DNA of 64,000 nt, from assembly GCA_963728205.1 (NCBI GenBank), contig CAVSIV010000006.1, positions 384,001-448,000 on the forward strand. The letters run 5' to 3'. The notes under the pieces are model-generated. The model saw only the letters and a list, made by a program, of their open reading frames with translations, ran no database searches and was not told the origin of the DNA. Both the position numbers and the translations under genes were made by a program. Below are positions 1 to 8,792 of this stretch, in pieces. Every line of letters begins with the position of its first letter. The first letter of the stretch is position 1. This DNA is from an uncultured Chloroflexia bacterium. GTDB lineage: Bacteria > Chloroflexota > Dehalococcoidia > UBA2979.

Positions 1-688
1 GGTACGTAGCCCCGTCCACCACCTCCACGCCCGGGATCGCCCGCGGCGCGAGGTACGCGAGGAGATCGTCGAAGGCGAGCGGACCCTCGAAGGGGACGCG
101 CAGGCGCAGGCCGCCGTCGGCGACCAGACGGTCGGCGTCGCGGCGGCGGGCGCGCAGCTCGGCCGGGGTGAAGCGGAAGACCGCGCGCATCACGCGGTTG
201 AGCTGGCGCACGCTGGCGAAGCCGGCGGCTCCGGCGACGTCGGTGATGCGCAGGTCGGTCTCGTCGAGCAGCCGCCGCGCGAAGTGCGCGCGGCGCGAGC
301 GCGCGACGAAGGCCGGCGTCGCGCCGACGTGTTCGAGGAAGAGCCGCCGCAGGTGCCGGCCGGTGACGCCGAGGCGGCGGGCGAGCGCGTCCTCGGTGCG
401 GTCGTCGAGCGCGCCGTCGCCGATCAGGATGAGCGCGCGCGCGACCAGGTCGTGCGTGCTGCCGGCGGCGTCGGGCAGGCGGTCGGGCCGGCAGCGCAGG
501 CAGGGGCGGTAGCCCGCGGCCTCGGCGGCGACGGCGGTGGCGTAGCCGGTGGTGTTGCGCGCGAGCGGCCGGCCGCCGCAGCCGTCGCGGCAGTAAATGC
601 CGGTCGTGCGCACAGCGGTGAGGCGGCCCGGGCGCGACCCGGGGGCGATGCGCTCGGCAGTGCGGTCGGCGGTGCGTGTGTCGCTCAT
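1..688 (-). CDS. alkA: Ada/AlkA-type bifunctional alkylation-repair regulator and glycosylase; 3' part runs off the window
   Basis: My translation of the minus strand from ATG 688 gives the Ada Zn site (TTGIYCRDGC...GYRPCLRCRP), an AraC HTH (LGVTGRHLRRLF...AGFASVRQLNR) and the start of AlkA_N (LAYLAPRAIPGVE). Divergent from ogt. Confidence 0.9.
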   Translation of the reverse strand, partial: MSDTRTADRTAERIAPGSRPGRLTAVRTTGIYCRDGCGGRPLARNTTGYATAVAAEAAGYRPCLRCRPDRLPDAAGSTHDLVARALILIGDGALDDRTEDALARRLGVTGRHLRRLFLEHVGATPAFVARSRRAHFARRLLDETDLRITDVAGAAGFASVRQLNRVMRAVFRFTPAELRARRRDADRLVADGGLRLRVPFEGPLAFDDLLAYLAPRAIPGVEVVDGATY

Positions 689-719
689 GCGGTCGATTCT
701 GGCGCGGGCCGCGGCGGCG

Positions 720-769
720 GATCGGACCGATTCGGACACGTCCGCGGCGATGTCCGGATCTGTCCGATC
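720..769. promoter_or_regulatory. Inverted pair of 19-bp boxes, putative Ada-type operator
   Basis: gatcggaccgattcggaca (720-738) matches the reverse complement of tgtccggatctgtccgatc (751-769) at 17/19 positions, and lies between the divergent alkA and ogt. Confidence 0.6.
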
Positions 770-825
770 GTAGCGCGGCGCGCGCGCGAGACTCGACCGC
801 GTCGCAGACGAGAGGAGGCGCCTCC

Positions 826-1362
826 ATGGCAGTCCAGGTCCGCGAAGCGTTCGCGCTCGACACGTTCGAGACGCCAATCGGGACGATGTGGATCGCGGTG
901 GACGGCGACGGCGCCGTGCGCGCCGTCGACTGGAGCGACCACGAGGAGCGCATGCGGTCGCTGGTGCGCCGCCAGTATGGCGAGAACGGCGCGCGGCTCG
1001 CGCCCGGCGCGCTGCCCGCAGCCGTCCGCGACGCGCTGGCGGCGTACTTCGCCGGCGCGGTCGACGCGCTCGCCGCGCTGCCCGTGCGCACGCGCGGGAC
1101 CGCGTTTCAGCGCGCGGTGTGGAGCGCGCTGCGCGAGATCCCGGCGGGCACGACCGAGAGCTACGGGGCGCTGGCGGCGCGCATCGGCCGGCCGCGCGCG
1201 GTGCGCGCCGTGGGGGCGGCGAACGGCGCGAACCCGGTCGGCGTGATCGTTCCGTGTCACCGCGTGATCGGTGCGGATCGGACGCTCACCGGCTACGGCG
1301 GCGGGATCGACCGCAAGCGCTGGCTGCTCGCGCACGAGGGAGCCGCGTTCGTCGGGGCGTGA
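826..1362 (+). CDS. ogt: Methylated-DNA--protein-cysteine S-methyltransferase
   Basis: GTAFQRAVW, RAVGAANGANP and active-site PCHRV motifs; RBS gaggagg upstream of ATG 826. Confidence 0.95.
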   Translation: MAVQVREAFALDTFETPIGTMWIAVDGDGAVRAVDWSDHEERMRSLVRRQYGENGARLAPGALPAAVRDALAAYFAGAVDALAALPVRTRGTAFQRAVWSALREIPAGTTESYGALAARIGRPRAVRAVGAANGANPVGVIVPCHRVIGADRTLTGYGGGIDRKRWLLAHEGAAFVGA

Positions 1363-1387
1363 ACGAGGTGGCGCGGCCGCGCGCCCC

Positions 1388-1461
1388 AGCGGCGGCAGAC
1401 AGGCGCGGAGGCGAGCCGCCTCAGCGGCGGCAGACGGGCCGCCGACCCTCGCGGGCGGCCG
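1388..1461. repeat. Degenerate copies of the REP-like unit
   Basis: agcggcggcagac at 1388 and 1423; the second continues gggccgccgac..gcgggcggccg like the 47-bp array unit. Lies between convergent genes. Confidence 0.6.
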
Positions 1462-1558
1462 AAGCGCCCGGGGTCGCGGCGGCGAGCGGATGCGGGCCGT
1501 GCACCCACGGGAGCGTCGGCCACCCGTCCGCCGCCGCCTGCGACGAACCCGACGGTCG

Positions 1559-1918
1559 CTAGCCCGGCATCTGCATGAGCTGGCAGTAGTTGCCGTCGGC
1601 GTCGAGGAACGTCGAGATCACGCCGCCCCAGAACTCGACGCCCTCCTTGCGAATGAACTGCACGCCCTTCGCCTCGAGCGCCTCGCGGGCGGCACGCGCG
1701 TCCGGGACCACGAAGTTGAGCAGCGCGCGCGCCGGCTCCTTCGCCGAGCCGTGAACCTCGCTGTGGCCGTCGATGAAGAGCGAGAAGGTGTCGGTGACGC
1801 GGAAGCCGCCGCCTTCCTCCATCGGCTCCTGCTCGAGGCCCACCGTGTCGCGATAGAAGGCGGCGAGGCGCTCGGGCTGCTCGCTGTTCAGGTTGACGTT
1901 GAAGCCGGTGATGTTCAT
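1559..1918 (-). CDS. VOC/glyoxalase family protein
   Basis: AAFYRDTVGL...FLDADGNYCQL pattern, 119 aa. Confidence 0.9.
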   Translation of the reverse strand: MNITGFNVNLNSEQPERLAAFYRDTVGLEQEPMEEGGGFRVTDTFSLFIDGHSEVHGSAKEPARALLNFVVPDARAAREALEAKGVQFIRKEGVEFWGGVISTFLDADGNYCQLMQMPG

Positions 1919-2214
1919 CGCGGTTCCCTTCGTGTGCCGGTGCGGGCCGCCACGGTAGAGGCGGCCCGTGACAGCGGGATGTCAGTGGTGCGGGTGACGG
2001 CGCGATCATCCGGACGCGTGGTGGCGTCCGCCGCTCGCGGCGCGCGCCGTGCCGCACGGATCAGGGCGTGGACGGCGACCAGCGGGCGCCCGAACAGGTG
2101 GCGTCTGGTCGGCGCTCGACGCGGGGGCGCGCGGCGCGGATCGGCGCGCGCGGCGACGCGGCGCTCGGCGCGCTCGCGCAGCCACTGCGCCTCGTACGGG
2201 TCGTAGAACCACAT
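1915..2214 (-). CDS. Small hypothetical protein (MWFYDPYEAQWLRERAERR...)
   Basis: RBS gaaggg; own operator and -10 element about 50 nt upstream; ATGA overlap with the VOC gene. Confidence 0.45.
   Translation of the reverse strand: MWFYDPYEAQWLRERAERRVAARADPRRAPPRRAPTRRHLFGRPLVAVHALIRAARRAPRAADATTRPDDRAVTRTTDIPLSRAASTVAARTGTRREPR
1967..1985. promoter_or_regulatory. Palindromic operator TGACA-N6-TGTCA, copy 1
   Basis: cgtgacagcgggatgtcag, about 50 nt upstream of the VOC start. Confidence 0.7.
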
Positions 2215-2260
2215 GGGCGTCCCTTCGCTTGGCGTGTTCGGAACACACCGTACGAAGGGG

Positions 2261-2279
2261 CGTGACAGCGGGTTGTCAG
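2261..2279. promoter_or_regulatory. Palindromic operator TGACA-N6-TGTCA, copy 2
   Basis: cgtgacagcgggttgtcag, 18/19 identical to copy 1; overlaps the WYL gene stop codon. Confidence 0.7.
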
Positions 2280-3196
2280 GAGTCGTAGACGCGTGCGAGC
2301 GCCGCGATCTCATCACGCATGCGAGTGATCGCGCCGGGTGGCGACAGCACGCGCGCGGAGGCGCCCCAGCGCAGCGCCCAGGGCATGACGTCGCGCCAGT
2401 CGCGCACGCGGAAGTGGAAGACGGCGCCGTCCTCGGCCGGTTCTTCGCGCTCGAAGCCCCAGCAGGGCTGCTCGCGCGCCCACGGCAGCACGGACGCGGC
2501 GAGCCACACGTGCACATCCACCTCCGGCTTGTTCCGCGCGCGGTCGCGGCGCGGCGGCCGCGGCGGCGGCACGTGCTCGTCGAGCAGCCGGGCCTCGCGC
2601 ACCCGCGACGCGCGGAACATGCGCTCGTCGCCGCGCAGCCGGCAGTGCCCGACGAGGTACCAGTCCTCGCCGTAGTACATGCGGTGCGGCTCGACGTCGC
2701 GCTCGGTCACCGCGTCCGACTCGTAGGCGTGGTAGCGCAGGTGGACGACGCGGTCCTCGAGCACCGCCTGCACGAGCACCGGCAGCCACGGCGACGGCGC
2801 GGCACGGCCGTCGGGCATGGCGGCAAGCCGCTCGCGGCGATGCTGCACCTGCTCGCGCGTCGGGGCGTCGAGCGCCGCCTCCACCTTCGCCGCGGCCGAC
2901 CGCGCGGCGGCGCGCTGATCGTCGGTGCCGAGCGGCGGCGCGAGGTCCGCGCCGAGCAGCAGCTGGGTCGCCTCTTCGGCCGTGAACGCGATGGGCGGCA
3001 GGTGGTAGCCGGGAACGATGCGGTAGCCCTCGCCGGGCATGGCGGCGATGGGGACGCCGGCGGCGCACAGCGCGTCGACGTCGCGATAGACCGTGCGCAC
3101 GGAGCACTCGCAGGTCTCGGCGAGCGCCTGCGCGGTGACGGCGCGCTCCTCGCGCAGCCGCATCAGGATCAGCAGCCGGCGGTCCATCTGTTTCAC
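2276..3196 (-). CDS. YafY-family wHTH-WYL-WCX transcriptional regulator
   Basis: CSVRTVYRDVDAL HTH, GYRI..GYHLPP linker, WYLVGHCRLR..RMFR WYL motif. Confidence 0.93.
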   Translation of the reverse strand: MKQMDRRLLILMRLREERAVTAQALAETCECSVRTVYRDVDALCAAGVPIAAMPGEGYRIVPGYHLPPIAFTAEEATQLLLGADLAPPLGTDDQRAAARSAAAKVEAALDAPTREQVQHRRERLAAMPDGRAAPSPWLPVLVQAVLEDRVVHLRYHAYESDAVTERDVEPHRMYYGEDWYLVGHCRLRGDERMFRASRVREARLLDEHVPPPRPPRRDRARNKPEVDVHVWLAASVLPWAREQPCWGFEREEPAEDGAVFHFRVRDWRDVMPWALRWGASARVLSPPGAITRMRDEIAALARVYDS

Positions 3197-3290
3197 GGCG
3201 CCGTCGAGGATACGGCGCGGCCCCGCAGCGGCGGCAGCGACGGACCGGCGCGCCGAGTGGCCGCGCGTCCGTCGCCGTCACGCCGAGCAG

Positions 3291-3854
3291 TCAACTCCCC
3301 GGCCGCGGCCGCCGCGGCCGCCGCGGCGACACGCCACGCGCGAGGCGCCGATAGCTCGCGCCGAGCAGGAGCACGCCGGGCGCCAGGCCCGCAAGCATGT
3401 CGACCGCCGCCGCCGGCGCGCCGGCAGCGGCGGCCACCAGGCCGGCCACCCCGCACGCGGTGAGGGCCGCCGCCGGCCACGCGAAGACGGGCCACCCCCA
3501 GGCCGCACGCAGCGCGAAGAAGTGCACGCCGACGACCAGCGTGATCCACCCGAGGTCGGCCGGCGTCGCGCCGAGCACGCCGTTGATCACGAGCAGCCCG
3601 CCGAGGCCCGCCACGATCTCGCCCGCGACGATCACGAAGTACGCGCGGTCGAACCGCATCGCGCCCGATCCGTTGGTGCTCCGCACGGCCGGCGAGCGAC
3701 GGAGCAGCACGAGGAGGCCGGCGAGAGCGGCGACCCCGAGCGCACGCAGCGCGATCGGCAGCGGGGTCGGCGCCGCCCCCGCGTTCGCAACGATGTAGAC
3801 GAAGCCGAAGATCCCGGCGATGAGGCAGCCGGTGGTTCCGCCGCGATTGGTCAT
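3291..3854 (-). CDS. Hypothetical integral membrane protein
   Basis: MTNRGGTTGCLIAGIFGFVY...; about 6 hydrophobic segments; VVGVHFF motif. Confidence 0.75.
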   Translation of the reverse strand: MTNRGGTTGCLIAGIFGFVYIVANAGAAPTPLPIALRALGVAALAGLLVLLRRSPAVRSTNGSGAMRFDRAYFVIVAGEIVAGLGGLLVINGVLGATPADLGWITLVVGVHFFALRAAWGWPVFAWPAAALTACGVAGLVAAAAGAPAAAVDMLAGLAPGVLLLGASYRRLARGVSPRRPRRPRPGS

Positions 3855-3940
3855 GGTGGCGTTCTCCCTTGCTTCCCGCGGCACCGGGCGGCAGGCGGCG
3901 CCGGGTCGCGCCGCCGGCCGCCCGGACGCGGCCGTCTGCG

Positions 3941-4633
3941 TCACTCGCGGACGTCGCGCCGCGCGAGGGACCACGCGAGCACCACGCAGGCGGCCGCGAC
4001 GAGCAGCCCGTGGGCGACACGCACCGGCTGTGCCGTCGTGTACTGCGGGATGTAGAGCGCGAACGCGACCGCCAGCGGCACGGTGCTCCAGCGCGGCAGC
4101 CGCTCCGACCGCCACGTCGCGACGGCAAGCACCACGGTGGCGACGCCGAGCGCAAGCAGGCCCGCGAGGATGAACCAGACGCCCTGCTCCCAGCGGATGT
4201 GGTCGACGACGGTCATCAGCGTGGGGTCGTTGCGCTGCAGCACCGCCTGCCCGACGGCGTGCAGGCCGAACACCTCGGCGCCGTAGTACGGCAGCGTGAG
4301 CCCGATGCCGGTCCAGCCGAGGACGAGCGCGACGAGCCCGCCTCGCTCGCCGCGCGAGCCGCGCAGCCGCAGGGTGACGGCGAGCAGCCCGAGCCCGAGC
4401 AGGACGAAGCCGACCATCGCGAGCGAGTGCGCGACGACCCACGCGGTCGACGCGAAGGCGCTCGCGCCCTCGAGGCCGGTCTCGCTCGAGAACGGCCGGA
4501 TCGCGGGGTAGAGGACGAAGAGCACGCCCGCGGCGGCGAGCGCGAACGCCCCCGGTCCCGCACCGCCGGTGCGGCCGACGGAGCGTGGCGCCGGGACGTC
4601 GCGAACGGTGCGCTCGTGCATGAGAACGGCCAT
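3941..4633 (-). CDS. Hypothetical integral membrane protein
   Basis: About 6 TM segments; RBS gaaggagg. Confidence 0.8.
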   Translation of the reverse strand: MAVLMHERTVRDVPAPRSVGRTGGAGPGAFALAAAGVLFVLYPAIRPFSSETGLEGASAFASTAWVVAHSLAMVGFVLLGLGLLAVTLRLRGSRGERGGLVALVLGWTGIGLTLPYYGAEVFGLHAVGQAVLQRNDPTLMTVVDHIRWEQGVWFILAGLLALGVATVVLAVATWRSERLPRWSTVPLAVAFALYIPQYTTAQPVRVAHGLLVAAACVVLAWSLARRDVRE

Positions 4634-4743
4634 GGTGATCCCTCCTTCGAGAGGTGTGACTTCCGGACACTTGGTGGGATGAGTGGTCGATGCGAACCGG
4701 CGCTGCGGAGCGGCCCCGCCGGCAATGGGGCGGTGCTATCGGT

Positions 4744-5322
4744 TCATCGACGTCGTCCCATCCCCGCTTCGAGCCCGGCGAGGTACGTCCGGATCGCGTA
4801 CTCGAAGCTGGCGTCGATGCCCTGCGGCATGCCGAATGCGCCGCTCGCCTCCAGCGTGGTGAACCCGTGGATCACGCTGCGCAGGCCGCGGATCGCGTGC
4901 ACAAGGTCGTCGGCGGCGAGCCCGTACGGCTCGAGCGCGGCGCCGATCACCTCGAGCGTTGTCTCGGCTGCGCGCAGGCGCCGCGTCTCGTCCTCGCCGG
5001 GGGCGCGCAGCGTCGCGGCGTAGAGCCCGGGGCGCTCCCGGGCGAAGCGGCGATAGGCGCCGGCGATCGCCAGGCTCGCGCGCTCGCCGCTCTTGCCGAC
5101 GGCCGCTCGCGTCAGGCGATTCGCCATCTCCTCGGAGCCCAGCGCCGCGAGCCCCGCCCGCAGCCCGGGCAGGCCGCCGACGTGGTTGTAGAGCGACGGC
5201 GGCCGCACACCGAGGCGCTGCGCGACGGCCGCCAGCGTCACGCCGTCGAGCCCCGCCTCGTCGGCGAGCTCGCCGGCGGCGGCGACGATCACGTCCTCCG
5301 TGAGGCCCGCCCTAGGCGACAA
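4744..5322 (-). CDS. TetR/AcrR regulator with WHG-type C-terminal domain
   Basis: VTLAAVAQRLGVRPPSLYNH HTH; C-terminal LRSVIHGF. Confidence 0.92.
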   Translation of the reverse strand: MSPRAGLTEDVIVAAAGELADEAGLDGVTLAAVAQRLGVRPPSLYNHVGGLPGLRAGLAALGSEEMANRLTRAAVGKSGERASLAIAGAYRRFARERPGLYAATLRAPGEDETRRLRAAETTLEVIGAALEPYGLAADDLVHAIRGLRSVIHGFTTLEASGAFGMPQGIDASFEYAIRTYLAGLEAGMGRRR

Positions 5323-6145
5323 CGTGGCGCTCCCCGACGGCGCTCCGCGTGAAGTCGACGATCGCCGCGTTCGTGACCTCGGGGCGCTCGACGTGCGGGT
5401 AGTGCCCCGCGCCGTCGACCACCAGCACGCGCGCGCCCAGCGCGTCGGCGAGCGCGGCCGCCTCGGCGGCCGGGTCGGGGAAGTCGGGGTCGGCGCCGCC
5501 CATCACCACGAGCGACGGGACACGCACGCGCGCCAGGCGCGCGTCGACGCCGGCGAGCGGACCGTGCGCCATCATCCCGCGCAGCGCGGCGAGCCGGCCC
5601 GGCTCCGCGAGGTTCGCCCGCAGCGCGGCCGCGTAGGCGTCGAAGTCCGCAGGCCTGGCCGACGGGAACAGCGTCGCCCAGAAGCGCATCCACGCGCCGA
5701 CGCCCCACGGGCCCGCGAACATCACGCGAAAGAGCGGCGGGAGCAGGTGGCGGCGCGCCCACGAACCGGAATCGCGCACGAACGGGCCGATCAGCACGGT
5801 CGCGACCACGGCGCCGGGCGACTCCGAGGCCGCCCATACCGCGGCGCTCGCCGCCTTCGAGTTGCCGATCACGATCGCGGGGCCGGCGTCGAGATGTTCG
5901 ACGAGGGCGAGGACGTCGCTGCCGACGGCCTCGGGGGAGACGTCGCGCCAGCCGGTGCTCGACTCGCCGTGGCCTCGGAGGTCCATCGCAACGACGCGAC
6001 AGCCGGCGTCGACGAGCCGCGGGGCGAGGAAACGGTACTCCTGCCGCAGGTCGCCGATGCCCGGCACGCAGACGACGAGCGGACCGCTGCCCTGGTCCGA
6101 GTAGGCCAGGCGGCCGCCGTCGTGGTCGATCCAGCACGTAGTCAT
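5312..6145 (-). CDS. Alpha/beta hydrolase
   Basis: DLRGHGES, GNS nucleophile elbow, GAGHYPH. Confidence 0.9.
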   Translation of the reverse strand: MTTCWIDHDGGRLAYSDQGSGPLVVCVPGIGDLRQEYRFLAPRLVDAGCRVVAMDLRGHGESSTGWRDVSPEAVGSDVLALVEHLDAGPAIVIGNSKAASAAVWAASESPGAVVATVLIGPFVRDSGSWARRHLLPPLFRVMFAGPWGVGAWMRFWATLFPSARPADFDAYAAALRANLAEPGRLAALRGMMAHGPLAGVDARLARVRVPSLVVMGGADPDFPDPAAEAAALADALGARVLVVDGAGHYPHVERPEVTNAAIVDFTRSAVGERHVVA

Positions 6146-6166
6146 GGTTGCTACCCTCCATCGCTA

Positions 6167-6188
6167 TAAACTACGAGTAGTAGTTTTA
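6167..6188. promoter_or_regulatory. AT-rich palindrome, likely TetR operator
   Basis: aaactac-gagta-gtagttt (6168-6186) directly upstream of the hydrolase-tetR operon. Confidence 0.65.
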
Positions 6189-6231
6189 CAACGATGGACG
6201 GCCGTTGGCAAGGGCCTGACCGCGCTCGCCG

Positions 6232-6660
6232 CTACATCGGCTTGAAGACCATCGCGGCGACGGCGGAGACGAGCACGAGCAGGATCGTCGCGTTCCACGC
6301 CACGAGCCGCCCGGCGCCCTCGGCGCCGCCCGACGCGAGCACGGCCGCGGCGGCGCGGCGCGCGAACGTCGCGCCGAGCACGGCGGCGACCACGAGCGCG
6401 CCGAATCCCCACCCGACCCACGGCTGCATCTCCACGTGCTCCGCGGCCATCAGCCCGATGCCGCCGACCAGCGTCGCGACGCTGGCGGGCATCAGCACCG
6501 CCTTGCCGACGAACTCCGTGTTGCGCAGGTGTGCGAACAGCCCCGCGCGATCGCCCCGCGCGAAGAGCCGTGCCGTGAGCGTCGAGACGGCGATGCCACC
6601 GCCGACCCACGTCAGCACGCCCGCGAGGTGCAGGAACAGCCATGCGTTCTGTGCGGTCAT
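6232..6660 (-). CDS. Four-TM membrane protein (DUF2269-like)
   Basis: LFLHLAGVLTWVGG N-terminus and AMVFKP C-terminus. Confidence 0.8.
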   Translation of the reverse strand: MTAQNAWLFLHLAGVLTWVGGGIAVSTLTARLFARGDRAGLFAHLRNTEFVGKAVLMPASVATLVGGIGLMAAEHVEMQPWVGWGFGALVVAAVLGATFARRAAAAVLASGGAEGAGRLVAWNATILLVLVSAVAAMVFKPM

Positions 6661-6676
6661 CGGGTCCTCCAATGCT

Positions 6677-7483
6677 TCAACCGACGGCTCGGCCGCCCGT
6701 GATGTCGAGCACCTGCCCCGTGATCCACGACGACGCGTCGGAGACGAGGTAGAGCGCCGCCAGGGCGACGTCGTCGGGCTCGCCGATGCGGCGCAGCGGG
6801 AAGCCCGCGGCGATCTGGTCGAGCACCTCGCGCGGCTGCGCGTCGAGGCGTGCGTTGCGCACCGCGGACGGCGAGAGGCAGTTCACGCGCACGCACGCCG
6901 CGGCCACCTCGCTCGCGAGCTGGCGCGTGAGCATGACGACGCCGGCCTTCGCGGCGGAGTACGGCGCCGCCGCCGAACGCCCGGGCGGACCGGGCTGCCT
7001 GCCGGCGGTCGAGGCCATCGTCACGACCGCGCCGCGCCGGCGCTCGACCATCCCCGGCACGACCTCGCGCAGCACGTAGAACGTGCTGCCCAGGTTCACG
7101 TCGACGACGTCGCGCCAGCGCGCGGGCTCGATCTCCAGCGTCGGCTCCGGGACGCCCTCGCCGCCGGCGAACGCGCAGACGATGTCGATGGGCCCGAGCG
7201 CCGACTCCACGTTCCGCCGGACCGCGGCCACCGCCGCGGGGTCGGTCACGTCGGCGGGCGCAGCGAGCGCGGTGCCGTCCGCCTGCTCGATGCTCGCGAC
7301 CACCGCATCGAGCCGCGCGCGGTCGCGTCCGTTGACGGCGACGCGCGCGCCGTTCGCGGCGAGCAGCCGGGCAGTGGCGGCGCCGAGCGCGCCCGACGCG
7401 CCGGTGACCAGCGCGACGCGCCCCTCGAGATCGGGATAGGACGGGTAGGCGAACTCGAAGTCGTGACCACCGCGATGCGGCAT
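6677..7483 (-). CDS. SDR family NAD(P)-dependent oxidoreductase
   Basis: TGASGALG, YSAAKAG, RVNCLSP, WITGQVLDITGG. Confidence 0.93.
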   Translation of the reverse strand: MPHRGGHDFEFAYPSYPDLEGRVALVTGASGALGAATARLLAANGARVAVNGRDRARLDAVVASIEQADGTALAAPADVTDPAAVAAVRRNVESALGPIDIVCAFAGGEGVPEPTLEIEPARWRDVVDVNLGSTFYVLREVVPGMVERRRGAVVTMASTAGRQPGPPGRSAAAPYSAAKAGVVMLTRQLASEVAAACVRVNCLSPSAVRNARLDAQPREVLDQIAAGFPLRRIGEPDDVALAALYLVSDASSWITGQVLDITGGRAVG

Positions 7484-7545
7484 GTGGGGCGTCCTTTCCG
7501 CGCGCGGGACCGGATCGGGGCGGGGCGGGACCGGCGCCGGCGGCG

Positions 7546-8058
7546 TCAGAGCACGCGTCGCCCGGGCGGCGCGAAGTGCCAGCGGACGAGGCGGAAGCCG
7601 TGCGCGATCGCGGGGTCGAGCCGCGCGCGGTCGATCGCGCCGTCGCGGCCGCGCACCGGCAGCATCGCCGCGATGCGCGCGTTCGCGGCCATCATCGCGG
7701 GGAGCAGCCGCGCGATGGTGTCGGGGTCGTCGATCAGCTCCGGCCAGAGCAGGACGTCGCGCCCGCGCAGCCGCGCGCGGACCGGCGTGTCGGGCCGCAG
7801 GTTCAGCTTCCACCGCCCACCGCCGGGCGTGAGCAGCGTGTCGCCGTCGGGGTGGTAGCCGACGGGCTGGCGGTACGTGCGTCCGCTGCGACGCCCGCGG
7901 AACGTGATCAGCATGAGCCGGCGGCTGAGCGGGGTGCGGAACGGCAGCCCGAGCGCGAAGCGCATCGGGACGTTCACCACTCGCATCAGTCGCGCGCGGC
8001 GCGCGAGGTCCGGCGGACGGCGGTTGGTGGGCCGCTCTCGGGCGTGGTCGGTGGCCAT
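7546..8058 (-). CDS. Deazaflavin (F420)-dependent nitroreductase-like protein
   Basis: LITFRGRRSGRTYRQPV and WKLNLR motifs. Confidence 0.75.
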   Translation of the reverse strand: MATDHARERPTNRRPPDLARRARLMRVVNVPMRFALGLPFRTPLSRRLMLITFRGRRSGRTYRQPVGYHPDGDTLLTPGGGRWKLNLRPDTPVRARLRGRDVLLWPELIDDPDTIARLLPAMMAANARIAAMLPVRGRDGAIDRARLDPAIAHGFRLVRWHFAPPGRRVL

Positions 8059-8121
8059 GGGGCGCTCCTTTCGCGCGGAACGCCGTCGAGTCTCGACCGC
8101 GGACGTGGCGCGGGTATGGCT

Positions 8122-8223
8122 GAGATGTGGAGGAGATGCGGAGGTCTCGCGGCGGGCGGGCGAACGTCGCGCCCGTCCGCGCATCCATCGAATCGCCGTG
8201 CCGCCCACATACTTCCTCCACAC
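8122..8223. promoter_or_regulatory. Direct-repeat boxes, putative OmpR-family regulator sites
   Basis: gagatgtggag/gagatgcggag tandem at 8122-8143, and related oppositely oriented cccacat..ctccacac at 8204-8223. Confidence 0.5.
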
Positions 8224-8290
8224 GCGCGGACGACCATCGATCGCGACGGACGGGGGCGACCCGCCCGGCTGCGATCGAAAGGGGACGGAC

Positions 8291-8782
8291 ATGTACGGAT
8301 CGCGAGAGAGCGTCTTCCCGCGCGTGCTGCTCGCGCTGGTCGCGCTCGCAGGCGTGGCCCTGGTGGCGGTGATCGCGTTCAACGCGGGCGCCGCGCACGG
8401 CGGCGTCGCGGACACCGCGGCCGCCGGCGCGCGTGACTGGCGGTGGCACGGCGGGCCGGGGTTCGGCCTGTGGTTCCTGTTCCCGCTCGGCTTCGGGCTG
8501 CTGTTCTTCGTGTTGCTGTTCGGGCTCGTGCGCGCGGCGTTCTTCGGCTTCGGCCCGCGAAACGGCGGCCCCTGGGGCAGCGGCCCGGCCGGCGGCTGGG
8601 ACGACGGCCCGGGCGCAGGGCGGCGCGACGCGCTGCGACGCGGCTTCGACGAGTGGCACCGCGAGGCACACCGCGACGCGACGTCCGCGGTCCCGCCCCC
8701 GTCCACCGCCGCATCCGAGAGCGCGCCCGGCCCGGCGGACCGGCCCGCGGCGAGCGGCGGCGAGCCCGGGGGCGAGCGCTAG
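8291..8782 (+). CDS. Hypothetical membrane protein upstream of the two-component system
   Basis: Two TM segments and FDEWHREAH; RBS aagggg. Confidence 0.8.
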   Translation: MYGSRESVFPRVLLALVALAGVALVAVIAFNAGAAHGGVADTAAAGARDWRWHGGPGFGLWFLFPLGFGLLFFVLLFGLVRAAFFGFGPRNGGPWGSGPAGGWDDGPGAGRRDALRRGFDEWHREAHRDATSAVPPPSTAASESAPGPADRPAASGGEPGGER

Positions 8783-8792
8783 GATCGGCGGC

